Origin: Anthoceros angustus
Lineage: Eukaryota > Plantae > Anthocerotophyta
DNA: 64,000 nucleotides
Direction of reading: 5' to 3'
NCBI GenBank assembly: GCA_010909165.1
Contig: MU008163.1
Location: forward strand, 806,001 to 870,000
In this document: piece after piece, positions 1 to 11,215 of the stretch
Numbering within the stretch: the first letter of the stretch is position 1
How the letters are laid out: the number at the start of each line of letters is the position of its first letter
Translations under genes and position numbers: made by a program
The notes under the pieces: generated by a model
Database searches by the model: none
What the model was told of the DNA's origin: nothing
What the model saw: only the letters and a program-made list of their open reading frames with translations

Positions 1-968
1 GGTTGCAAGGTTGGACCCAGATGCCGTTGGTGGTTTGATGTTGCATAGCTCCACTTTCACGGCCTGTAAGTCATTTTTGCTCAATGTGTATGACGCAGGG
101 GGGAGGTGGGCCTCCCCTGCGTCATCCATAACAGGCCACAGCCACGGCTTGGAGTGCACATTCATAAGGTCAATCCTTGCATTGTGGGTGTCCTATTTGC
201 CACTCCATATGTTCCAAAAAGCCTGGCAGTTGTTAACTTCCGTGTGCATCATGTCTTTCAGCCACAGCTTCGGAATAGCTAGCAAGTAGGGCAGCATTTG
301 AACGAAAGCCGAGCGGCGCCTGACACCCCATGACATTGCAGCCGCCCGCTCACTTGGGGTCGCATTTTCCCAAGCATCCATCTCGTCAATGATGTCCTGC
401 ACGGTTCGGGAAGGGGCGCCGGCCGCATATCCCTTGCATTGTTGAAAAACTCACGGTGGTCATGCCGCTTGCTATCGTGGATGGCAGGGCACCATCTGCG
501 GTGCCCATCGCAAATGACTTTATCCAAAGCCTGCGACCATCTAGCTTCCAAAAGCCCCCCGTAGTCCACACAACAACGATAGCCTCTCACTTGCAAGCCG
601 AAAAGCGCTCCGAGTCCAGGGTAGTCACATGTCGCGTGCAGCACGGCAGCCCTCAGGATGAAAAAGTGTCCCGGGTCAGACACGGCTTTGGAATGATCAG
701 CGCATGGGACACCCACCCACAAGGTCGCCAGCTCCTCCAACAAAGGTTGGAGATACACATCCATATTCTTCACCTGTTTCGGCCCCGGAATGATTAAAGG
801 CATAAGAATCCGCTGCTTCTTTGTCGTGAGCCATGGAGGAAGATTGTGGATGAAAATGAGAGGCCAAATGGAGTATGAGGAAGAACGATGGCCGCTTGGA
901 TTGAAGCCGTCTGTAGAGATACCGAGGCGAAGATTTACATCTTCGGGCCTGCACCCACTATCAAAATG

Positions 969-2976
969 AGCGGGTGTGTCGGCCATTATCTGCACTTGAC
1001 CATCAGTGCTCCTATGGTCCTTCCACCATATCAGTTTACGTGCTGTTGAAGAGCACGCATACATTTGGCGGAGGCGATCCGCCAGCGGGAAATAAAACAT
1101 TGTCTTCCGCGAAATAGGTTGCCCAGTGGCACCCTCGCGATATTTGGGCTCACCGCAAACGTGGCAAGAGGTCTGGCGGGTTTGAAGGGTTTGGCGGCTT
1201 CCTCCTCCAAATTGGATTGTCCCTCTTGCGAAGCACTGGCTATGAAGTCTTGCATCAACCTGTGCAAGCGCTCCACCTCGGAACCCAGTACCCGCCCGCC
1301 GTTGGGTATGTCTGACAAAGGTACTTCATCCACGGACTCCGGGGCCGCAAACGCACAAGCCCCAACCGGAGGGGCGGTGAGGGGCTCACCGCCACTCACC
1401 GGAGGGGCGGTGAGGGGCTCACCGGAGGGGCGGTGAGGGGCTCACCGGAGGGGCGGTGAGGGGCTCACCGGAGGGGCGGTGAGGGGCCCGGACACAAGCC
1501 CCAACCCCGCCCATCGGTTGTGGATGCACATAGGCATGGATGGTCTGATCTACCTGGATGTCTGCCGGGTGTGCCTGTGACAAGCAAACAACATTGTTAG
1601 TGAGCTCCCAAGATTTGCCTACGCGAGCAATGCCAAGGTGCTTGCACAACCTGGACATATTGCCTCACCTCGGCAAGTAGGCGCGCCCATGAACGGACGT
1701 GACAGTCTGCGACGTCCGCGTGGATGGGGCGTGTGCTTCCTTCGCAACCAGGGCAATTGCAGAGGACCCGAGGTATTTGACGGTTGGTGTAAGGAGGATC
1801 CATAGCATCTCACCCGATGCCTAGCTATGGCGGAAATGGCATCCAGCGTCTTTGCGAGTAAAAGGGGAGTTCACAGGCGGTAGGAGAGTCCCGCTCACGG
1901 CTAAGGCCGCCCCGGGAGGCGTTGGGTCATGGGGTTTGTGAATGGATGCCGTTGGAGGCAACAATGGGCCGTTGGGAATGCTGTCAAGGCCATCCCCTCC
2001 CACTAAAGGCACGCGAGCGGGTGTGTCGTGTGCACTTGACCGCCCGCCAGTGCTCCTATGGTCCTTCCACCATATCGATTCACGTCTTTGTTGAAGAACA
2101 CGCATACATTGGCGAGGCGATCCGCCAGAAATAAAACATTGTCTTCCGCGAAATAGGTTGCCCGATGGCACCCTCGCGATATTTGGGCTCACATAAGCGT
2201 GGCAAGTGGCGGGTTTGAAGGGTTTGGCGGCTTCCTCCTCCAAATTGGATTGTCCCTCTTGCGAAGCTTGGCTATGAAGTCTTGCATCAACGCAAGCGCT
2301 CACCTCGGAACCCGATGCCGCCGTTGGGTATGTCGACAAAGGTACTTCATCCACGGACTCACGCATAGCGCACAAGCCCCAGCCGGAGGTGAGGCTCACC
2401 GCCACTCACGGAGGCGGTGAGGGCTCACCGGAGGCGGTGAGGCTCACCGGAGGCGGTGAGGGCTCACCACGGAGGCGGTGAGGGGCCCGGGCCCCAACCC
2501 CGCGGTTGTGGATGCACATAGGCATGGATGGTCGATCTACGGATGTACGGGTGTGCACGTGACAAGCAAACAACATTGTTAGTGAGCTCCCAAGATTTGC
2601 CTACGCGAGCAATGCCAAGGTGCTTGCACAACCTGGACATATTGCCTCACCTCGGCAAGTAGGCGCGCCCATGAGCAGCGTGGCTGCGGCGTCGCGTGGA
2701 TGGGCGTGTGCTTCCGCCAGCAGGGCAATTGCGAGAGGACCCGAGGTATTTGACGGTTGGTGTAAGGAGGATCCATAGCATCTCACCGATGCCTAGCTAT
2801 GGCGAAATGGCATCCGTCTTTGCGAGGGAGTTCACGGAGGCGGTAGGAGAGTCCCGCACACGGTAAAATGCGTCTGGGGAGGCGTTGGGTCATGGGGTTT
2901 GTGAATGGATGCCGTTGGAGGCAACAATGGGCCGTTGGGAATGCTGTCAAGGCCATCCCCTCCCACTAAAGGCACG
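969..2976. repeat. ~1 kb tandem duplication (969-2015 vs 2016-2976) inside the CACTA element
   Basis: gagcgggtgtgtcg at 969 recurs at 2016 and both copies end in ccactaaaggcacgc. Copy 2 is about 85 bp shorter because of many small deletions. Confidence 0.85.
1366..1487. repeat. 23-bp GC-rich tandem repeat (ccggaggggcggtgaggggctca, ~5 copies); degenerate second array at ~2385-2487
   Basis: Directly visible in the sequence. Confidence 0.95.
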
Positions 2977-3433
2977 CCCGAAGTGCTCAGAAACATGGTT
3001 ACCGTTTGGCCTGACAATGGTTAGCACACTAAACCCGTTGAGCTGAATAGCACTGCGAACGGGGAAGTCCAATTCCGGAGACAGTCAGACATAGAATCGC
3101 TGAACCTCCACCATAACCGATATTGACCAGGATGGAATCCAAAGGTTAGTGGGAGGCCCAATGACAGAGGAAACACGAGGAATACATCTGTCATATACAC
3201 CCTATTACAGCAGCATGCAAAATGTCATTTGCCACCGACCCCGACATTCTTTAATGACGAAGTGATGCAGAATAGGTGCCTGTCATTTCCCGCTTGTCAT
3301 AAACCGCCTCGTTTTGTAGTAGTGAGTAGGAGCGAGCAAGTTATTAAAACACAGACACAGTATTGAAGAAAAAAAGGCAACATTGATGAATAAAGTGGAA
3401 CTTACTGTAAACACTGACCACATGGCTAGGAAA

Positions 3434-4123
3434 CTATTGACATATATGGACTCTAACACGAACCATCCTTATGCGCGTGTAGATGCACTTGTACCAAACT
3501 AGGGAGCAAGGCTGGCTACAGTTGCTGAGGCTCACAATTCTCGTTTCCTTGTCAAAGTCCCAGTGGGGGAACTTCCAAGGCACAGGCAGCCAAGAATCAG
3601 AGTCAGAATAAGCATATTCACCATCCTCAAATCTGCGCTTGGCACAAGCAGCTTTGGAAAACTGTTTTTCACTTTCCTTGGCAGGTTTGGAGGGCGCACC
3701 CATGTCTGGTCTCTCACAAGACGGCCGAATAGTAGCAGTAGCAGCCCTTTTCTGAGCCAACAGAGCCTTGGTGAGACTTGGCGGGCGTCCTATGGGGCGT
3801 GAGATATGGCTAGGGCCGGCCTCCGTCTTCTGGGCACCTGAGGAGGCAATCTCCTTGCCTTTCTCACTGGCAGAGGCAGCTGTCCTAGTAGAGGTGAACC
3901 TTCCTAGGATGTCTCTCCCAGGCAATCGGTGCGTGGGAGAGTGGACCTCACAGTCGGAAGAAGAAGACATTGTGAGAAGCGCAATCTTTCTCTCGATACG
4001 CTCAATGGCAATAAGAGTGAGAGCGTAAAGGAGGATTATAAAGGGGATGCACCTCATAACTGGTGGTGTCACATTGGCGCAATGCATGTTTCCCGTTTGG
4101 CCACTATTGGGCGTAAATCGCAC
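3434..4123 (-). CDS. Unassigned low-complexity ORF (229 aa, S/A/K/R/P-rich), probably TE-borne
   Basis: Open frame with no recognised domain, lying immediately before a PPT+LTR-like sequence on the opposite strand. Confidence 0.3.
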   Translation of the reverse strand: MRFTPNSGQTGNMHCANVTPPVMRCIPFIILLYALTLIAIERIERKIALLTMSSSSDCEVHSPTHRLPGRDILGRFTSTRTAASASEKGKEIASSGAQKTEAGPSHISRPIGRPPSLTKALLAQKRAATATIRPSCERPDMGAPSKPAKESEKQFSKAACAKRRFEDGEYAYSDSDSWLPVPWKFPHWDFDKETRIVSLSNCSQPCSLVWYKCIYTRIRMVRVRVHICQ

Positions 4124-4213
4124 ACGAAGTCGAACGATTGTGGGATAGCCTCAGCTGAACTCGAGCGCACTCAAGCAGCTCACGTTTAAGGGACACTCCT
4201 TCTCAGAACCAAC

Positions 4214-4498
4214 AAGTGGGAGTGATGAAATAGGGTGTTGGAGTTATGATAAGGGTTTAGCGTTTATTAATATCCCACACATATAGTATGAATAGGCACT
4301 AGATTTATTTTTTTAGACACTTGTTCATTAGGGTTACATCTCTTAGTGAATAGATATACCTTTTCGTTTAAGTTAAGTTGTTTTTTCATATCTATGCTAA
4401 TTACATTCATTGGTTCTTGATTCTTGGATACAATGTAATTATTCATTAATTTGTTTAATTGATTTATATAGACCTTATAAATTGTCACTTCTCATACA
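4214..4498 (+). mobile_element. PPT plus LTR-like remnant (TG 4223 .. CA 4498)
   Basis: aagtgggag|tgatgaaatag shares 18 nt with the PPT/LTR start of the Copia at 31248-38867. It ends ttctcataca versus ttctcatca in that LTR. The body is AT-rich and internal similarity is weak. Confidence 0.5.
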
Positions 4499-4739
4499 AC
4501 AAGGGACACTTTTAGCTTGCTCCCCTCTTGGTTTCCATACCGCTATCTCTTCTGGATAGATGGAGCTTGAGGACTTGGACGCAACACAAACTGAGCGCAG
4601 TTGTTGCGAAGAGCGCAATGGCGAAAGCGTCCATGATGGCAGGACTTTACAATGGAAGAGGAGGCATACCGGTAGTCTGATGGGGCGTACCCGAATTCTA
4701 GACAGAGTGAAAGACGATTAGGATAACTGTGCTTACCTT

Positions 4740-5032
4740 AAGGGGGAGTGTTAGATATATGGCTGTTACGGTATGTATAAGGTTAAGCTAGTTAGGTTTA
4801 CTGAAACGCCACCTTTAGTTTGGGTTACCAAAACGCCACCTATCGTTTCGGTTACCGAAACGCCACCTATCGTTTGGGTTACATATTTAAAGTGGATACA
4901 TAACATATTTTTGTATTCATTCTTTATTATTGCAAGTGTTTTTGGAAAAATACGCTCTTCGCTCTTTGAACATAGAGAGATTATTCACTTGGCAATCGTA
5001 CGAGTTGCAACTTCATAGCGGCAATTTCAACA
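4740..5032 (+). mobile_element. Copia-type 3' LTR with polypurine tract (PPT aagggggag 4740-4748; LTR TGTTAG 4749 .. TTCAACA 5032, 284 bp)
   Basis: Classic TTAAGGGGGAG-TGTT junction with TG..CA ends and an internal 27-bp x3 repeat (gttaccgaaacgccacctatcgtttgg, ~4797-4882). No partner LTR in the window. Confidence 0.8.
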
Positions 5033-5281
5033 TTTGCACACGCTCTGGTGGAGATAATGTTTGGACAAGAATGAATAATCATCGCATCCTCATTAAACAA
5101 TAGCACATCCTAGTCGCAAGCAAATAGGGTACACATAATAGCACTTCTTTGGATAGTTTACTAAAAGAGGAGAGACATAAATTAATTAATTAATAAAAGA
5201 AATAATAAAAGAAATAATAAAAGAAATAATAAATAAATAAATCCGGAACCTTTATTATCATGTTGTGGATGCTCATTTGAG

Positions 5282-7797
5282 TCAACTCATGATCGGTTTC
5301 TCCTTCTTGATGAGCTTCAATGGAAACCCGTCTGATGGGTAGGGAATTGGCCAGAAGTGCTGTTTGGGGCATGGAGTCACTCCCGCGGGCTCAAAGCTGC
5401 ATGCCCACATTTACACCATCCAACGTATTAGTAAGCACAAGCTGCATAGCCCGTTAAAGAGACCGCTCCTAATTAGCTGCAGACAGCAAGTAATTGCGAA
5501 AGTACTTCCACAATTACTTGCTGTGTAATGCAACCATGCATATGCCTCACTAGTGACCATGTGTAGGGGTCTGTCTGTTACTCGTATGCAAGCAGGAAGT
5601 GATGGAGGAAGATGAGAACTTGCTGCCTGGCCAGGTCCTTCCCAGGACAGACTCGATTCCCGTTCCCAAAGGGTGTGAAGGTGTTGAGCTTGGGAGTGGT
5701 CTGAAACATTACAGGCTGCAGTATTAACATACGTTTCCTGTAGGCCAGCGCTTACGAACTCATCGAAATTGGTCGCAGTTGGCTGGAAAGGTTGCCAATC
5801 AGATTGCAAGTACCTCAAATCGGGAGGGATTGAATGTCCAGGGATCAGGATACACTTCTGGGTCGAGATGGAAGTAGCGGAACCAGGCCATGACCGTCCA
5901 GTTTTTGGGGATGAATATACCTGCAGTGGATTGACAGCGATAGCCGTCATGATTACACTGGCTCCGAACTAAAAGTGCAGATTTGCAGAGGGCTGGCCAG
6001 GTATCACTTACCATCCACCACGACGTCTTCTCTGGCTTTTCTAGGGCTGAAATTTCCCACGTTTACAAGCCTCTGAGTCTCTTGCAGAAACTGGGGCAAT
6101 TGAGGAAAGCACTACCCCAGGTGTTATTTGCAATGCAGGACAACATCCTTGCTACAAGTACTTGTGCTCTAGACTCGACAGTGCCAGCCTATAACTCAGC
6201 TGAAGGACGTCATGACGCAGATTGCAAGTGGACAACAACGTACCCGAGAGGAGTAAGGAAGAGAGGCACTGATTTCCTCCCAGTTTATCGTATCATCTGG
6301 AGGTCGCTTCCTCGCAAGTTCTTCATGTTCATCCTGCACAGTGCATGACTTCGTTAATGAACTATGAAGAAAGGAGAAACTTGTATGCTACTTTCATGAG
6401 GTGAGCAGCGTACATACCTTGACTTGCTGTGCATACTCAGGGTACAGACACAAGTGGTATAGAACCCACATGATTGTACATGTGGTCGTATCGTGAGCCC
6501 CAAACAAGACCGCGAAAAGGTTCTCCCTGATCTGTTTGTCAGTCAGCTTCGTCGATCCACTTTTGTTAAGCATTTCATCCAGCAGATCATGATGCTCCAC
6601 CAACCCATGTGCAGCACGTCTATTGTTCAGCACTTTTTGCAGATATCCCTTGGCCTTCACAGATCCCTGAACATGGGGAATTCAATGACATGGATATCCA
6701 TCAATGCTTGAGCTTCGGCCTATTCATGCTTGTCAAAGTGTATGTACAAGGTGCATGTAAATTTTCATCACACTTTCAGAAGTTGCCAAGCAACACGTAC
6801 CTGGACAGCCTTTGTCCAAGCACTCCCGGGAATCCTGAGCGGAATCACCATAAGGGCATGTTCCATCAGAGCTGCGTTGGCTCGGAACTCATCCAACTCC
6901 TCACTGGGTTCCAAGTCCTCGCAGATGAAGCGGATGGCTACGTTGAAGGTGAACTGCACATATACCACTCCCAGCTCTTAGAGACATGAAAACAAATCCG
7001 TGCAACGAGCAACACTAGCTAGCTCTACACCAGACTGGACCACTCACGTCTTTCAGCGCCTTGGCAGTTTCGATCTGCTCCTTGCCCGACAAGTCAGCAA
7101 CCCACTTCCTGGCAGCTTCATCGACATGGGACGCCAAGTACTTGAGCCCATTCGTGGTGAGCCGGGATCTGATGAGCTTCCGGTACAAGGTGTGCATATG
7201 CCCGTCCACCTGGCTGAGGGCATCCGAGCCAAGGACCTCGTGCTGAGACGCCGGGTAATTGGGGGCGAACAGCTCGGGATGCTGCAGCACGCATCTGGTT
7301 GCCTCCACGGTGGTGACGCACACCGCGGGCTTCCCAAACAGATGCGTCCGGAAATTCTTCCCGTACCTGCACACCACATACCAACACCAACTTGTGTCAG
7401 AAACAGCAGGATGGGCGACAACAGAACTGAGTGCTGGTCCACCACACGTCTAGGACCAGAATGAACTCACTTTCGAATCCTAGGAAACATGAAACGGTCG
7501 GGATGGCCACTCAGGAATTCCACGGTTTCGCCCCAAGATGGGAGAATGAACTCACTTTTGAATCCTAGGAAACATGAAATGGTCGGGATGGCCGCTCAGG
7601 AATTCCACGGTTTCGCCCAAGATGGGTATCTGCCAGAACCTGCCCGCAGGGAGCTGCGCCCGGCCCTCAGCGTCGGATCTCTTTGCCAGCAGGGAGCTGG
7701 AGTAGAAGGAGACTGCCGCAAACAGTAGCATCGGCAGACCCAGGAGCAGCGCGATCCATATCTCCGGGCTCAGCATCGCAGCAAAACTGTAAGCCAT
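5282..7797 (-). CDS. Cytochrome P450, CYP85 clan (non-A type), 9 exons, 490 aa, intact
   Basis: Exons 7797-7556, 7366-7048, 6953-6801, 6666-6418, 6333-6244, 6090-6012, 5920-5814, 5700-5582, 5396-5282 splice in frame through GT-AG introns (1473 nt). Motifs: TM anchor plus LPAGRFWQIPILGETVEF, YGKNFRTHLFGKP, I-helix LFGAHDTT, ETQR, NPSRF, heme FGNGNRVCPG. The ATG is in ACCATGG context. Confidence 0.93.
7458..7626. repeat. 84/85-bp tandem duplication of the P450 exon-1 3' end plus its 5' splice site
   Basis: 7458-7542 and 7543-7626 are near-identical and each carries AA|GTGAGTTCATTCT on the minus strand. Confidence 0.92.
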
Positions 7798-9189
7798 GGT
7801 CGAAACTTCAAACCCAGGAATTCGAAACACGACGGGACTGGGCTGTTTGCACGCTGGAATGCGGTGCAAGTCCCTGTTGGGCCGCTCTTCCCCGGGAGCG
7901 TGATTGTTGAAGCACAAGGCAAGTCGGAGACGAGCACGCGTGGTTGTATGCGCTGGAAATGTAAATGCAAGTCAAAGGTCATCCGTAGTGGGCGCGTATG
8001 GCGAGCCGCCAGGAATATTTTGATCGCTTGCTTGTTCCGCTCAGTGAACGGAGGTTCCTTGAACTTGAAGTCTAATTTTAGAAACTTCAACTCCAATATT
8101 CAGGGTGAAAATATCTGTATATTTTCCGTTAGAAACAACTTTCCTGTACGTAAGTGTCCAAATGTGATCTGAACCTACCCTGAAAGCTCGAAGCCACGGC
8201 CCCTGTCCGGCTAGACTCATACTTGTCTTTTACCTACATCAGGCTTTGATGTACTTACAATGGGCTAATTCACCAACTTGCAGCCATTGATATCGTCAAG
8301 GAAAACCAAATGAGGCCCCTGGAAATTTAGTTCTTCGAGCAGTTCATTTCTGCCAACGGAAACTACCCATAGAGCAACTACCTTCCCTCTGACGTTGGCG
8401 CTGTTTCCTTCCGGGACTTGACCGGCGACATCGTCTGACCAAAGCTGTGCATGGTCATGATACGGTATTCACAATCAATCGTATCCTATTGAAAGGGTCT
8501 TTCCGTCCGGTGACCAGGGCTGACGGTTTTCTGGTTGCCCTTCTGACTTGGCAACAGTTGCAACTTTGCAGTGGTGACTTCAGCGTTTGCATCACTTGGT
8601 ATGTAGTTTGAAGCAAGATAGAAGCATTTCATAAAATGGCTGTTGTCCGTGGAGTCAAATCAAATCGCCCGAGATCCTGCAGCTCCTTCCACATAAGGCA
8701 GCGCCGACTTCGGCTATGAGCTCGAGAAATTATCAGTGAGTGAGCTTTCCCACTTTGACTGCTACCCCTTCGGTGCACTTGACTTTCCGGCTCTGGAATC
8801 CAGAAGTTGCCATATATGCTGGCCACCCACTTTGATCCTCATCCTGCAGACACTAGAATAAAGGTGGAAATTTACATCCAAAGAACATCTCTGAGTATGA
8901 CGTCAGCAGCAGCTGGAGCCTCAGGGCATCCAAGTGACTTGAGCCACTCAAGAGGCAAATCTTACACAGCCACACTACTATGCAGCTCCCACCTCGATCC
9001 CTATATCACTCCACTTGATTGCCACTTCCGCAAGGCCGAGAACAGAGATGGAGATGAGCAACACTGCACTCACGTGAACTTGTGGTTTTCGAGGAACTTT
9101 GTACCTGGAATTACAGCAGCTCACTATTGTGCTGTTTAGGACTATGGAAGATGTGAGAAATGCACGCAGCTTGTCACCTTCATGTCAGA

Positions 9190-9714
9190 TTACTTGAAAC
9201 CCCTAGTAAGCTTGCATTCCCGTTGCTGTCCGGGAGGCATCTTCCTTGGACGCGCAAGCGCCCCAGGTGAAGGTCCTTTAGCTGCGAGGCACCGCAAGGT
9301 TTTTCTCCCCTTCCCCTGTGCATAAAAGTTGTTGTTGTACATTAGGGAGATGTTATTTCGCAGTGTTGCTGGTACCCTAGCGAGGTTGCTTGCTCCTGCA
9401 GCTCCGGCTATCCTTTCCCGTCTTCGGTGTGAAACCATCAAGGGATTAGATGGCACAGCCATGGCGACGGCATCGCCTGGCGAGAGGTTGTCTGGGAGCA
9501 GAGTTGCCATGTTAGAGGAGGAATCTTGACACGCTGTGCACGTTGGCGGAGCGGTTGGGCGTTGTTTGTACCCTGGCGCCATCTCCAGCTGGAGAAGAAG
9601 CTCATCTTTACCGGCCATTTGCTCAAGGTGCCTCCCTCCTTGGCTACCTTCTTCCTCTGCGACTGCTGCCTTTCTCCTATGCCGCACCCGCTTCACCCGG
9701 GGACAATCCACCAA
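9190..9714 (-). CDS. Unassigned ORF (174 aa)
   Basis: GC-rich open frame next to AT-rich intergenic DNA, with a basic KRVRHRRK patch. No family recognised. Confidence 0.25.
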   Translation of the reverse strand: MVDCPRVKRVRHRRKAAVAEEEGSQGGRHLEQMAGKDELLLQLEMAPGYKQRPTAPPTCTACQDSSSNMATLLPDNLSPGDAVAMAVPSNPLMVSHRRRERIAGAAGASNLARVPATLRNNISLMYNNNFYAQGKGRKTLRCLAAKGPSPGALARPRKMPPGQQRECKLTRGFK

Positions 9715-11215
9715 TCAAGCCTTAGGACAGCCATTCACACTCCCAAAACCAAGGCCAGCGATCCTACTCTGAGGATCCCTATTAGGTGAAACCACATAGG
9801 TCAAACGGTATAAGGTACTTATGTCCATTGTATATATCCTGTATCCTTAAAAAGCAATTAAGTTAAACCAATAGCGTATATAATATCATGAATATAGAGA
9901 TATCTAGATATGTATCTAATATCTACTAGGATTTATCAAAGTACATATAGTCTACTCGATCACTTGCTTTCTCTTTACAAAAAAGCCCAGATGGGTTACA
10001 CATATTCTTCTTTTAATATTCATAAGAGGCCCCACAAATCAAGGGATTGCTCAGGAATTAAGGGAAAGTCATGTCACTCTTAGTACTAAGGTTGTGCTAG
10101 GTCTATTCCTGTGAACTTGAACTAACAAATTGTCAAACATTCTTGACTTTTCCAATCTTTAAGGATAAACCTGTATATTCAAATAAAAAGGCTAAGTTCC
10201 TTGAAACAAAAGGCTAAACCCTCTTTCATCAAATTTGAGTTTCATTGTTTTCATAAGAAAAATTCCACAAATGCTACATTTTCATTGTCTCTATATGTAA
10301 AATACCATAGAGTCTAAGATCTCCTCCTTTCAATATTCAGTTTCATTGTCAAGTTTTCATAATCTCTATAGAAAAATCTATATATATTGAAATACAAAGG
10401 TAAAGTCCTCCAAATAGAGGGCTAAAATGCTCCCTACTATCTGTCCAACAGCATGACGAATCCTTGGAAGCCACATGGAGATTGTGGTTAATTTTAATAT
10501 ATGCATACTTAAACTTGCATTTAACAGTTGGCTATAAAGTGGACATGTTTTATTACACGATTGATCAATTCCTTATACAATTTCTGTGAAAACCCATGAA
10601 TGCATGTTGTTAATTGTGTGATGTTATATTTTCCATGAGACAAAGATATACACTATAATTTGCCAAACTAAAGTCATCCTCAAAATCAACTATAAATCGA
10701 ATCTTGTCTTGCGTAAGTATTTTGTAGCGATGATAGGACAGTAAATCTCTATGAACCTTTCCAATATAGAGAGGTTTTATATTATATTAAATATTTAAAA
10801 TAAAACTGAATATTTATATATAATAGAAAAGATCCTTAACTATGATGTTGTTTGAGGTGTATATCTTTTCTTAATACGTGCCTACTTTCTAAACTTAAAG
10901 CGGCTAACGCTCGTTACCTTTTAGCTACATACCCAGTTCGGGTGTAAATCGTAATTGTATGTAAACCGAGCCTAATCATTCTGAGCATGAATTTTAGGTC
11001 AATTTGCCTTTTGTTTCAGGGCAATTTCATTAAGCCAGAGTTAATTACGTTCACTTAATTCTAACGTGATGCTTTGTTCGCCACGTGCGTAATGCACATT
11101 CCGCCGATGGGCGAGCACAGTCGACACTTGAGTTGTCACTCCCGGCTGCTGGTTTGCAAACGGACTAATTTGAAAACGGATCCCGGGATGTCATATAAGT
11201 CAGTAGACATTGTGG

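Larger units (their letters stand above)
1..2976 (-). mobile_element. Degenerate CACTA/EnSpm transposase (Tnp2/Transposase_21 family), frameshifted, N-terminal part tandemly duplicated
   Basis: ORF 279-1100 has LRLGISTDGFNP..SSSYSIWP..HNLPPW..LIIPGPKQVKNMDVYLQPLLEELATLW, typical of Tnp2. ORF 193-402 has KDMMHTEVN (H-x-D-V-M-H-I-E-K-N-like). A CNCPGC transposase-associated N-terminus lies at 1597-1803 and again at 2579-2776. No CACTA terminus was located. Confidence 0.85.

Noticed and set aside
7770-8096. 108-aa ORF overlapping the P450 start as a functional uORF or gene
   Set aside because: No recognisable domain and no evidence that it lies within the transcript.
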